From: Mobula hypostoma
Lineage: Eukaryota
NCBI RefSeq assembly: GCF_963921235.1
Contig: NC_086097.1
Coordinates: 56,794,001 to 56,854,000, forward strand
Length of the DNA stretch: 60,000 nucleotides
Direction of reading: 5' to 3'
The notes below the pieces were generated by a model, which was not told where the DNA came from, searched no databases, and worked only from the letters and a program-made list of their open reading frames with translations. The position numbers and the translations under genes were made by a program. Positions 37,463 through 50,045 of the stretch are shown here, piece by piece (the stretch's first letter is position 1; every line of letters starts with the position of its first letter).

Positions 37463-37530
37463 ATATATGAAGGAATTCTGATTTTGAATGCATGGGAAGC
37501 ACTTCCACTGGGAGGAAAAGCAATCCATAC
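37463..37530 (+). CDS. ACTR10: ACTR10 coding exon 6
   Basis: IYEGILILNAWEALPLGGKAIH(T). Confidence 0.95.
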
Positions 37531-37619
37531 GTAAGAATTTTAAATTATAATATGCATTCATTGTATTTGAAATTAGTTATGATTAAAGCTAAAAAAAGTT
37601 CAATGTTTTATTACTGAAG

Positions 37620-37699
37620 GGAGTTACAGTCTCGGTTATTAGAAGAATGCACTGTGGACACTGGAACTAACACCGGAGAAGGCTTAGCAGCTGTGATGA
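37620..37699 (+). CDS. ACTR10: ACTR10 coding exon 7
   Basis: ELQSRLLEECTVDTGTNTGEGLAAVM; phase consistent. Confidence 0.9.
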
Positions 37700-37974
37700 G
37701 TAAGGCTTAAGTGACATATTTTGATGGTATATTTTTCATAGTGGTAAAATTTCTAAATTTTAAAATAGAAAAGAGATGTCACTTTTTAATTTCAAAATGT
37801 ATTGCATCTGAATAATCCATCTTTGGTAATTGCAATTTATAATTGCTTAAGATATTAACTCTATTTGCAAAGAAATCAATCTATTTTATATAATTGTCAT
37901 TCATAATATAAATTTTAAATAGCGTAATGTTACACAGCTTCGGTTTAAAATTGCTCTGAAATGTTTTTTAACAG

Positions 37975-38010
37975 GCTCACTTCCAGAAGATACAATAGAG
38001 GATATAAAAG
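37975..38010 (+). CDS. ACTR10: ACTR10 coding exon 8 (36 nt)
   Basis: SLPEDTIEDIK, matching the actin-fold xxEDIK motif. Confidence 0.92.
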
Positions 38011-38449
38011 GTAAAAAAAAACACGTTTTGGAAAAAACAAGCTGCTAGAGGAACTCGGCAGGTCAAGCAGCAGCTATGAAGGCAAAGGGATGATGTTTTG
38101 GATTGTAACCTTCAAAAGGCCTGCGTTCCTCTGGCAGTTTGTGTTTTTTTTTCCCTCTAGATTCCAACATCTGGAGTCTTTCGCCCCTCAGTCTTAAGCT
38201 GCATTGTTGTTATATCTAGAACATTGTGAGGCAAATACAATTCCTTATCAAGTGAAAAAGACCACAATTACTGTAAATCTAGAATAAATCAATGTGGGGC
38301 TAAAAAATCATGATATGAAAGAAAAGAGAAGATAATTGCTTCTGATGTTTTTATTGTGAGTGTTTTGGGCTGACGTAGAAGTTAATATCTGCAGTTCTTA
38401 AGTTTGGACTTGCTATCCTCTTTCTTCAAATGCATGAAATAATTTCACA

Positions 38450-39200
38450 GACACGGAGCAATACAGCACAAGAACAGGCACTTCAGTCCATGATATTTGT
38501 GCTTATCCTGATATCAAACTAGTTTCATCTTGTCTGTACATCATCCTTTGCCTGTTTATATGCCTATCTAAAAGCTACTTAAATGTTATCATCTTATCTG
38601 CTTCCACCACCTGTCCTAGCAGCAGTGCATTCCAGACAAAAACCTCTCTCTCTCTATTTTAACATTCACAAGACTTTAAACTTCCCCCACTCCCCTCCTT
38701 AAAGCTATGCCCTCCTGCATTTAATATTTCTACACTGGCAGGGGAGAAAAGTAAAGCTTCTTGACAACCTACCGTATCTGTTTTTTAAAATAATTTTATA
38801 TATACTTTTGTCAGGTCTCCCTTAGTTTCTAGTGCTCCAGAGAAAATGATCCAAGTTTGTCCAACTTCTCCTTGTAACAAATACTTCCCAATCCGGGCAG
38901 CATGTTGCCGAGCCTCTTCTGTACCCCTCGCCCCCCCACCAAGCCTCCACTTTCTTCCTGATTTTCAGCGACCACCGCTCACACGGTACTCCAAGTATGA
39001 CCTAAATAAAGTTTTATACAGTTGCAGCATAACTTGGTGATTTTTATGTTCAGTGCCCTGACCAACCAATGAAGGCAAGCATGCTGTACCGCTTTGCCTA
39101 CTTTAGTTGCCACTTTCAGGGACTTGCACCCCTAGTTCCTCTCTTCATCAATGCTCCGACCATTTACAGTATTCTTTTTTTCTTGCACTTGACTTTGTAA
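38450..39200 (-). mobile_element. Degraded CR1 3' fragment
   Basis: Reverse of CR1 3' ORF2 and UTR motifs. Confidence 0.65.
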
Positions 39201-39339
39201 CATACTGATATAAAATCTGATAGACTAAACAAAAATGGATAAGTTGTATGAAAGTAAAAGTACTCAATAAAACCTAGAATGAAGCAAAGTAGTGTTTTCA
39301 AATTTAGTCCCTAATTGTTTTGTTATGGATATTTTACAG

Positions 39340-39419
39340 TTCGTACTTGCTTTGTCAGTGATCTCCAGCGGGGTCTAAAAATTCAAGCAGCCAAGTTTAA
39401 CATTGATGGAAAAGCTGAA
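39340..39419 (+). CDS. ACTR10: ACTR10 coding exon 9
   Basis: (V)[26 protein letters not shown]. Confidence 0.95.
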
Positions 39420-39501
39420 GTAAGTATTAAGTAGTGGTGAATATAACTGATAAAGTACACATCTGACTATTGTTTAATTTTTATTTTGTATTTATTCATA
39501 G

Positions 39502-39575
39502 CGCCCACAACCACCACCTGATGTGGCATACCCATTGGATGGAGAGAGGATTTTGCATGTCAAAGGATCTATCAG
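39502..39575 (+). CDS. ACTR10: ACTR10 coding exon 10
   Basis: [24 protein letters not shown](R). Confidence 0.95.
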
Positions 39576-39624
39576 GTTGGATCACTTGGTCAAATATTAT
39601 AAAGTAAATAGTTTTTCCTGTAGG

Positions 39625-41108
39625 TTTTGATCTTTCAAAAATCTTTGGACTTTGGCATGGTGTCAGAGGACTGGAAAATTACAAATGTCACTCCACTCTT
39701 TAAGAAAGGAGGAAGGCAGCAGAATGAAATTGTAGACCAGTTAGCCTTACCTCAGTGGTTGGGAAGACGTTGGAGTCAGTTGGTAAGGTTAAGGTTATGG
39801 AGTACTTGGTGACACAGGACAAGATGGGATAAAGTCATCATGGTTTCCTTAAGGGAAAATCTTGCCTGAGGAGCCTATTGGAATTCTTTGAGGAGATTAC
39901 ACGTAGGATAGATAAAGGGGATCCAGTGAATGTTGTATATTTGGACTTTCAGAAGGCCTTTGACACGGTGCCTCATATGAGGCTGCTTACCAAGTTAAGA
40001 ACCTGTGGCATTACAGTAAAGTTATTGGCATGGTTAGAGCATTGACTGATTGGTAGGAGGCAGTGAGTGGGAATAAAAGGATCCTTTTCTGGTTGGCTGC
40101 TAGTGATTAATGGTGTTCTTCAGGTGTCAATATTGGGACCATTTCTTTTTTGCTGTATATCAATGATTTAGATGATGGTATAGATGGTTTTTGTTGCCAA
40201 GTTTTCAGATGATACGAAGATTGGTGGAGGGATAGATAGTGTTGAGGAAACAGTTAGGCTCAGACGAACCAGACAGATTAGGAGAACGGGCAAGAGAGTG
40301 GTAAATTAAGTATAATGTTGGAAAACACATGGTCTTGCACTTCAGTAATAGAAATAAATGTGCAGACTATTTTCTAAAATCCAAAAATCTGAGATGAAAA
40401 GTGACTTGGGAGTCCTTGTGCAGAACACCCTAAAGGATAACTTGCAGGTGGAGTCGGTGGTGAGGAAGACAAATGCAATATTAGCATTCATTTCAAGAGG
40501 TCTAGAATACAAGAGCAGGGATGTGATGCTGAGGCATTGGTGAGGCCTCACCTTGAGTATTATGTACAATTTTGGGCTCCTTATCTAAAAAAGATGTGCT
40601 GGCATTGGAGAGGGTTCAGAGGAGGTTAACAAGGATTACTCCAGGAATGAAAGGGTTATCATACAAGGAGCATTTGATGGCTCTGGGTCTGTACTCATTG
40701 GAATTTAGAAGATTGGTGGGGGGGGGTGGAGAATCTCATTGAAACCTTTCAAATGCTGAAAGCCCTAGACAGAGTAGATGTGGAAAGGATGTTTCCCATG
40801 GTGGACGAGTCTAAGACAAGGGGGCACAGACTCAGGATAGAGGGGCGTCCATTTGAAACAAAGATGTGGAGAAATTTCTTTAGCCAAAAGGTGGTGAATT
40901 TGTGGGATTTATAACCACAGGCAGCTGTGGAGGCCAGGTCGTTGCGTGTATTTAAGGCAGAGCTTGATCGGTTCTTGATTGGACACGGCATCAAAGGTTA
41001 CAGGGAGAAGGCTGAGGAGGGGGAGAAAAGGATCAGTCATGATTGAATGGCGGAGCAGACTTGATGGGTCAAATGGCCTAAATCTGCTCCTACGTCGTAT
41101 GGTCTTAC
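39625..41108 (+). mobile_element. CR1 RT and 3' end
   Basis: EDWKITNVTPLFKKG, YLDFQKAFD, NFFSQKVVNLW. Confidence 0.9.
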
Positions 41109-42265
41109 AGACACGGCGTTAAAAATGGAATGTAAAAATAGCCAATGAATTTAGAAGTAATTGAAAACAAGGGAATACAGGAACAGGGTTAATATGTATT
41201 AATAAAATATGTCTAAAATTCTCAACGTAGTAGGCCCATAAAGTACTGGAGGAACTCAACACGTCAGGCAGTACTTATGGAAATGACCAGTCCCAATGAA
41301 AAGTCTTGGCCCAAAAAGTCAACGGTTCATTTCCCTCCATAGATGCTGATTGGGAGTTCCTCCAGCATTTTGGGTGTTGTTCAGAGTTTTCAGCTTCTGC
41401 AGAATCTCTTTTCTCCTGTATAGAGGACTTGTCTTCTCACATCATATTCAGGTGGAAAATCTACAAATCATTAGAGCACACGGAATTGCTTTTAGAGCAA
41501 ACTGAATTCAGCGGTTCCTGCTATGCCATCCATCTACGTGGAATTTGCTCATTCTCTTTATGCCTATATGGGTTTTCCCTGGGTGTTGCAGTTTGCTCCT
41601 GCATCCTGAAGATGTGCTGGTCAGTAGCTTAATTTGATGTCTTTGTCATAGTTGGCTAGAAGGAGAATCAGTACGGATTTGATGAGATGAGAGAGAAAAT
41701 GAGTTGCAGGGAAATAATTCAGACATTTGGAGTTATGAGAATGATCTGAGAACGAGCATAGACTTGCTGGGATGATTCGCTGCTTCCCATTCCAAAGAAA
41801 AATTTAAAAATATGTAAGACCAGGGTTATCTTGCTCATATTGATCTGTGTATTAAATATGGATTTAAAGAGGAAAAGTAGAAAAAGTGTTTTCCATTTAA
41901 CTTTACAACTTTAGGGGAGAAATGAACATAATATTTTGATATAATTGTCTTAAAGATGTCATTCGGTCAACAAAAGGTAACATTTTTATAATTAAAATTC
42001 AGTAATCAAATAAAATTTTCAAAAACTGACTGACATTTTATATCAAAGCAAATTGATTTGCTACAATTAACTTGGGATTTTTGTAACCTTAAAGTAACTC
42101 CATAAATGTTTCCTGCATTATTTTTTAATTGTAATTAAGGAATGGTACTGCTTCAAGTTTAATTGTAACCATTGACTTTTGGAGTAATTAAGATACTAGC
42201 TTACAGCCAATGTCAGAAGTAATAAGATTGAATTTTAAGGATATTTTTATTCCTTTTTGTTATAG

Positions 42266-42347
42266 AGATTCTGTAATTGAAATTCTTTTTGAACAAGATA
42301 ATGAAGAAAAATCTATCGCTGCTTTAATCCTTGACTCACTTTTACAG
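42266..42347 (+). CDS. ACTR10: ACTR10 coding exon 11
   Basis: [27 protein letters not shown]. Confidence 0.96.
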
Positions 42348-43792
42348 GTAACATGGTACATTGTGCTGAATTTAATCTTTTACAAAGATTCTCAATTTCT
42401 TGATGCTATATTCTAGCTGGTCATTGTAGTATATGAAGAAATGACCCAAGTTAAAATCTTGTAATCAAAGTGACTTGTATTTGGGATAGATTGGGTCAGT
42501 AACCGGGGACAAGATGTTACACAATTTCCCCCAAACTTGCTCTTTAGTGATATTCTAGGTTATAAATCTGCATCATAAAGCATCAGCAATGCATTGTACT
42601 TCAATAATGATAAATTGTACTGGTAATGTACTTTGGTTACTGTTACTGTACAATAATTGAAGCCTCATGAGCAAATAATTCAGTCATTCACTGAAGGAAA
42701 TTGTTGCCAGGAATACTGTCTTTCTGATGACTGCCTGGTTTTAATATATCAAATAGTTATAAAGAGTTTTATCTCAGTTTAAAGAGCAGTTGTAATTTTT
42801 CCCAATCTCCCTTTTGGACAAAGCACCCATTATCATTCCCTAAAATAGACGTTTCTACTTCCCCAAAAATTAGGCTGATAACTTATTTCATTTACTGTTG
42901 TTAGATCTGTCCTTTAACACTCACTACAAAATAAGTGGTGGACTCACAAATATTTTGCTGGGAGGAGATCTGGGAAATCTTGATGGCATGATAGGTATTA
43001 TGTGAAAACAGGTTCTTGTAAAATGTAAATCAAGCCATACCCTAGAGCAGCATAATGTGGCAAAAGAGCCAAAAAAAAACGGCCTCCACTGTTTTGCTGG
43101 GGAGGTACTAGATATAGTAATACTCATTAAGGAGAATACAAATAGCATTTTGCAACAGAAAATAACAAGGGTTTCCTGGATAAATATACATGCATTGAAA
43201 CACGTCCCTGGTCAGTTGTGCTGAATACATGTTCTAGCAATCATCATAATTTGTCCCTGCAGTTTAAATATTATTATTGAAGTCAAATGCATTGCTGCTG
43301 CTTTATAGTACACTTAGCACAATCAGCAGGGGATGAAGTAATTTGGGCAATAATATGTTACTATTTTTTCCCCTGTTGGAAAGCATTGCGAAGACTTCAA
43401 CTTCACTTTACCCCACTACCTTTATGATTAATATTAAAGCTTCCAAGTATCTCTCAGTGGGGGATGAGGACACACAATATAATGAAAGCAGAAGTATGCT
43501 GCCTGTCTGTTTTCTAATATAATCATGGTTCATGTGTCCCGAGTGTCAACACCTCCCATAAATTTCCTTATATTCCAAAAATGTATTTTCCTCTTTAAAT
43601 ACCTCCAATAATCTAACTGCTGAATAGAGATGAAGATTTTGAATTATTCTGAGTCTGTTGGCCTCTAGCATATGTATTTCTGCCAGAGTGTGGATTGATC
43701 ACTCATTTGGGCATAGGCAGAACATAGTTTTGAGAAAATAGGGGGCGATTAATGATATTTCTGTTTTGTTTTTCTGTAAACATTATTGTCAG

Positions 43793-43994
43793 TGCCCTAT
43801 TGACACAAGAAAACAACTAGCAGAAAATCTTGTGATCATTGGTGGAACTGCTATGCTGCCCGGCTTCCTGCATCGTATTCTGGATGAAATTCGGTATCTG
43901 GTGCAAAAACCAAAATACAAAGATGTGTTGGCTACAAAGACTTTTAAAGTTCATACTCCACCAGCAAAACCAAATGCTGTGGCTTGGTTGGGAG
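43793..43994 (+). CDS. ACTR10: ACTR10 coding exon 12
   Basis: [32 protein letters not shown]...NAVAWLG. Confidence 0.97.
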
Positions 43995-44178
43995 GTGAGA
44001 ATGAGTTCTGTGTAGCAAATGTATCAATAGACTATTTGTTTCAGAGAATGTAATGTGTGTTCAAAGTGGAAATGATACACAGTTCCACATCTGTCTCACT
44101 AACTGTGTGGTTATTTCTGTAGATCTCTGTCCTGCTCAATACTGAGTATATAATGGGGTCTCTTCTTAATGCATTATA

Positions 44179-47100
44179 CAAGGGGTGATTGATAAGTTTG
44201 TGGCCTAAGGTAGAAGGAGATGAGTTATTAACTTCAAACTTTTTGCGTTATCCCTCAAAGAGTTGAACTGCACCTGCATGTAATGAGAGCTTCTTGGACC
44301 TCCAGGTGGTCCACAGCAGGGTTCAGGTGGTCCACAGCAGGGGTGATTGATAAGTTTGTGGCCTACGGTAGAAGGAAATGAGTTGTACAGCTCTCCTTAC
44401 ATGTACGTGCAGATCAAATCCGAGTGATTATACAGAAAGTTTGAAGTTAATAACTCATCTCCTTCTACCTTAGGCCACGAACTTATCAATCACCCCTGAT
44501 GAATTATTACCATAGAACACTACAGCATGGAAAATAGGTCATTCAGCCCTTCTAGTCTGTGCTGAAACATTATTCTACTAGTCCCATTGACCTGCACCCA
44601 GTCCATAACCCTCCAGACCTCTCCCATCCATGTATCTATCCAATTTATTCTTAAAACTTAAGAGTGAGCCCGCATTTACCATGTCAGCTGGCAGCTCATT
44701 CCACACTCCCACCACTCTCTGAGTGAAGAAGTTTCCCCTAGTATTCCCCCTAAACCTTTCCCCTTTCACCCTAAAGCCATGTCCTCTCGTATTTATCTCT
44801 CCTAATCTAAGTGGAAAGAGCCTATTCACATTTACTGTCTATACCCCTCATAATTTTGTAAACCTCTGTCAAATCTCCCCTCATTCTTCTACGCTGCAAG
44901 GAATAAAGTCCTAACCTGTTCAGTCTTTCCCAGTAACTGAACTCCTGAAGACCTGGCAACATCCAAGTAAATCTTCTCTGCACACTTTCAATCTTACTGA
45001 TATCCTTCCTATAGTTAGGTGACCAGAACTGCACACAATACTCCAAATTTGGCCTCACCAATGTTTTATACAACCTCCCCATAACATCCCAACTCCTATA
45101 CTCAATACTTTTGATTTATGAATGCCAGGATGCCAAAAGCCGCCTTTACCACCCTGTTCACCTGTGACGCCACTTTCAGGGAATTATGGATCTGAACTTC
45201 CAGATCTCTTTGTTCCTCCGCACTCCTCAGTCCCCTACCATTTACTGTGTATGTCCTACTTTGATTTGTCCTTCCAAAATGCAACACCTCACCCTTGTCT
45301 GCATTAAATTCCATCTGCCATTTTCTGCCCCATTTCTCCTGTTGGTCCAGATCCCTCTACAAGTTTTGAAAGCTTCCTCGCTGTCCACAACACCTCCAAT
45401 CTTAGTGTCATCAGCAAACTTGCTGATCCAATTTACCACATTATTATCTAAATTATTGATATAGACAACAAACAGCAATGGTCCCAGCACAGATCCTTGA
45501 GGCACACCACTAGTCACAGGCCTCCAGTCTGATAAGCAATCATCCACTACCACTCTCTGTCTTCTCCCACACAGCCAATTTCGAATCCAGTTTACAACCT
45601 GTCCATGGATACCTAGTGTCTGAACCTTCTGAACTAACCTGCCATGTGGGACCTTGTCAAAGGCCAAGTCCATGTAGACAACATCCACAGCCTTTCCTTC
45701 GTCTACTTTCTTGGTAACCTCCTCGAAAAACTCTACAAGATTCGTTAAGCACGATCTACCACGCACAAAGCCATGCTGACTATCCTTAATCAGCCCTTGG
45801 CTGTCCAAATACTTGTATATCCGATCTCTCAGAACACCTTCCAACAATTTACCTACTACTGATGTCAGGCTCACTGGCCTGTAATTACCTGGTTTACTTT
45901 TGGAGCCTTTTTTAAGCAACAGAACAACATGAGCTACCCTCCAATCCTCCGGCACCATACCCGTGGCTAAGGACATTTTAAACATTTCTGCCAGGGCCCC
46001 TGCAGTTTCTACACTAGTCTCTCTCAAGGTCCGAGGAAATATCATGTCAGGCCCGGAGGATTTATCTACCTTTATTCATTGTAAGGCAGCAAGCACCTCC
46101 TCGTCTTTAATCTCTATATGTTCCATGACACTGCTGCTTGTTTCCCTTCCTTCCATATACGCTATGCTAGTTTCCTGAGTAAATACCGATGCAAAAAAAT
46201 TGTTTAAGATCTCCCCCATGTCGTGAAGCTCCACACATGGACAACCACTTTGATCTTTTAGGGGACCAATTTTGTCCCTTACTATCCTTTTACTCTTAAT
46301 ATACTTGTAGAAACCCTTCGGGTTTACCTTCACATTATCTGCCAAAGCAACCTCATGTCTTCTTTTTGCCTTCCTGATTTCCTTCTTTAGTATTTTCTTA
46401 CATTTTCTATACTCTTCAAGTACCTCATTTGTTCCTTGTTGCCTGTCTCTCTTTACACCTGCTTATGCATCTAGCAGGTGTACACTATACACCTCTAGTG
46501 TATAGAGGTGTATACCGCTCTCTTTTTCTTAACCAGATCGCCAATATCCCTTGAAAACCAAGGTTCCCTATGCATGTTAACTTTGCCTTTAATCCTGGCA
46601 GAAACATGCAAACTCTGCACTCTCAAAATTTCGCCTTTGAATACCTTCTACGTACTGAACACGTCCTTGCCAGAAAACAACTTATCCCAATCAACTCTTC
46701 CTAGATCCTTTCTCATTTCCTCAAAATTGGCCATTCTCCAATTTAGAACCTTAACTCGAGGACCAGACCTATCCTTATCCATAATTAACTTGAAACTGGA
46801 CATTATGTTCACTGGACCCAAAATGTTCGCCTACACATACTTCTGTCACCTGACCTGTCTGGTTCCCTAATAGGAGATCAAGTATTGCATCCTCTCTGGT
46901 TGGTACCTCTATATATTGATTTAGAAAACTGCTCTGAACACATTTGACAAACTCCACGTCACCTAACCCTTTCACGGTGTGGGAGTCCCAGTCAATATGT
47001 GTAAATTTAAAATACCCTACTATTACAACTTGCTGTTTCTTATTTCAGTCTGCTACCTCTCTACAGATTTGCTCCTCAAATTCTCTCTGACTATTGGGCG

Positions 47101-47635
47101 GTCTATAATACAACCCTATTGGTGTAGTCACCTCTTTCCCGTTCCTCAGCTCTACCCATAGACAAGCCCTCCAGGCTGTCCTGTCTATGCACAGCTGTGA
47201 TATTCTCCCTGACTAGTAATGCCACTCCTCCCCCTTTTATCCCTTCCCCTCTGTCACGTCTGAAACAACGGAACCCCGGAAGATTAAGCTGCCAGTCCTG
47301 CCCCTCCTGCAACCGTCTCACTAATAGCAATAATGTTGTAATCCCACGTGTCAATCCACACCCTGATTAATTGATGAGTTATTAACTTCCAACTTTCTGC
47401 ATAATCACTCTGCATGTAACGAGAGCTGTATAGCTCATCTCCTTCTACCTTAGGCCACAAATTTATCAATCACCCCTGCTGTGGGCACTTTCTGGAGGTC
47501 CAAGATCCGTATGCTCCACGACCGCTGGACTAAGTGTGTAAATGTAAGAGGAGACTATGTTGTAAAATAAATGTGCTAGGTTTTCTAAAATTGACTTCTT
47601 CTACCTGAGGCCACAAATGTGTCAATCACCCCTCG
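44179..47635. mobile_element. mariner-derived non-autonomous element split by a CR1 insertion
   Basis: TA TSDs; TIRs C(A/G)AGGGGTGATTGATAAGTTTGTGGCCT at both ends, plus internal TIR copies. Confidence 0.85.
44510..47371 (-). mobile_element. CR1 LINE, 5'-truncated ORF2 (endonuclease + RT) with frameshifts
   Basis: ORFs 45242-46045 and neighbours; about 13-bp TSD TGATGA(A/G)TTATTA at 44497 and 47372. Confidence 0.93.
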
Positions 47636-48017
47636 TACATTGTAGTGAACCAAAACTTTGCATAAATGATTTTTAACTACTTGCACATCAAAGGCTGAAT
47701 ATAATAATAAAAGTCCAATAAGGTGGATTTTGGAGCTGGACTAGCAGATTTTCCTGAATATTAGATGTTATTTCAACCCTTTGTAATTTTATTGCTTTTT
47801 TAGATGTTAAAGTAAGTTCTCCAGTAAACCAGGCATATGGGAAGGGTATGGAGGACTTCAGTCTGGGTGAATGCAAAGGGTGTATGAAACCTGGGCTTCA
47901 GTAAGTGGGAAAGGAGTGTGATAAACATTACCTATTGAGCTGGGTATCAAATCACTGCACAGCAGATTACTAGAGTTGCTATAAATAATATTTTTGTGAC
48001 TCTTTTAACACTCAAAA

Positions 48018-50045
48018 TAGAAACCATGGAACCATAGAAACTACAGCACAGAAACAGGCCTTTTGGCCCTTCTTGGCTGTGCCGAACCATTTTCTGCCTA
48101 GTCCCACTGACCTGCACACGGACCATATCCCTCCATACACCTCCCATCCATGTATCTGTCCAATTTATTCTTAAATGTTAAAAAAGAACCCGCATTTACC
48201 ACCTCGTCTGGCAGCTCATTCCATACTCCCACCACTCTCTGTGTGAAGAAGCTCCCCCTAATGTTCCCTTTAAACTTTTCCCCCCTCACCCTTAACCCAT
48301 GTCCTCTGGTTTTTTTCTCCCCTTGCCTCAGTAGAAAAAGCCTGCTTGCATTCACTCTATCTATACCCATCATAATTTTATATACCTCTATCAAATCTCC
48401 CCTCATTCTTCTACGCTCCAGGGAATAAAGTCCTATCCTATTCAACCTTTCTCTGTAACTGAGTTTCTCAAGTCCCGGCAACATCCTTGTAAACCTTCTC
48501 TGCACTCTTTCAACCTTATTTATATCCTTCCTGTAATTTGGTGACCAAAACTGAACACAATACTCCAGATTCGGCCTCACCAATGCCTTATACAACCTCA
48601 TCATAACATTCCAGCTCTTATACTCAATACTACAATTAATAAAGGCCAATGTACCAAAAGCTCTCTTTACGACCCTATCTACCTGTGACGCCACTTTTAG
48701 GGAATTTTGTATCTGTATTCCCAGATCCCTCTGTTCCACTGCACCCCTCAGTGCCTTACCATTAACCCTGTACGTTCTACCTTGGTTTGTCCTTCCAACG
48801 TGCAATACCTCACACTTGTCTCCATCTGCCATTTTTCAGCCCATTTTTCCAGCTGGTCGAAGTCCCTCTGCAGGCTCTGGAAACCTTCCTGTCTACTACA
48901 CCTCCAATCTTTGTATCATCAGCAAATTTGCTGATCCAATTTACCACATTATCATCCAGATCATTGATGTAGATGACAAATAACAATGGACTCAGCACTG
49001 ATCCCTGTGGCACACCACTAGTCGCAGGCCTCCACTCGGAGAAGCAATTCTCTACTACCACTGTTTGGTTTCTTCCATTGAGCTAATGTCTAATCCAATT
49101 TACCACCTCTCCATGTATACCTAGCGACTGAATTTTCCTAACTAACCTCCCATGCGGGACCTTGTCAAAGGCCTTACTGAAGTCCATGTAGACAATATCC
49201 ACTGCCTTCCCTTCATCCACTTTCCTGGTAACCTCCTCGAAAAACCCTAATAGATTGGTCAAACATGACCTACCACGCACAAAGCCATGTTGACTCTCCC
49301 TAATAAGTCCCTGTCTATCCAAATGCTTGTAGATTCTGTCTCTTAGTACTCCCTCCAATAACTTACCTACTACCGACGTTATATTTACTGGCCTATAATT
49401 TCCCGGATTACTTTTCGATCCTTTCTTAAACAACGGAACAACATGAACCACTCTCCAATCCTCCGGCACCTCACCTGTAGACAACGACATTTTAAATATT
49501 TCTGCCAGGGCCCCTGCAATTTCAACATTAGTCTCCTTCAAGGTCCAAGGGAACACCCTGTCAGGTCCCGGGGATTTATCCACTTTAATTTTCCTCAAGA
49601 CAGCAAGGACCTCCTCCTTTTCGATCTGTACAGTTTCCATGATCTCACTACTTGTTTCCCTTAATTCCATAGACTTCATGCTAGTTTCCTTAGTAAATAC
49701 AGACGCAAAAAACCTAGTTAAGATCTCCCCCATTTCCTTTGGTTCCGCACGTAGCCAACCACTCTGATCTTCAAGAGGACCAAGTTTATCCCTTACAATC
49801 CTTTTGCTCTTAATATACCTGTAAAAGCTCTTTGGATTATCCTTCGCTTTGACTGCCAAGGCAACCTCATGTCTTCTTTTAGCCCTCCTGATTTCTTTCT
49901 TAAGTATTTTCTTGCACTTCTTATACTCCTCAAGCACCTTATTTACTCCCTGCTTCCTATACATGTCATACAACTCCCTCTTCTTCTTTATCAGAGTTGC
50001 ACTATCCCTTGAGAACCAAGGTTCCTTATTCCTATTCACTTTGCA
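48018..50045 (-). mobile_element. Young CR1 LINE, 5'-truncated RT and 3' end
   Basis: ORFs 49083-50099, 48810-49061 and 48098-48832 with YMDFSKAFDKVPH, PQGSVL, KFADD. Confidence 0.95.
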
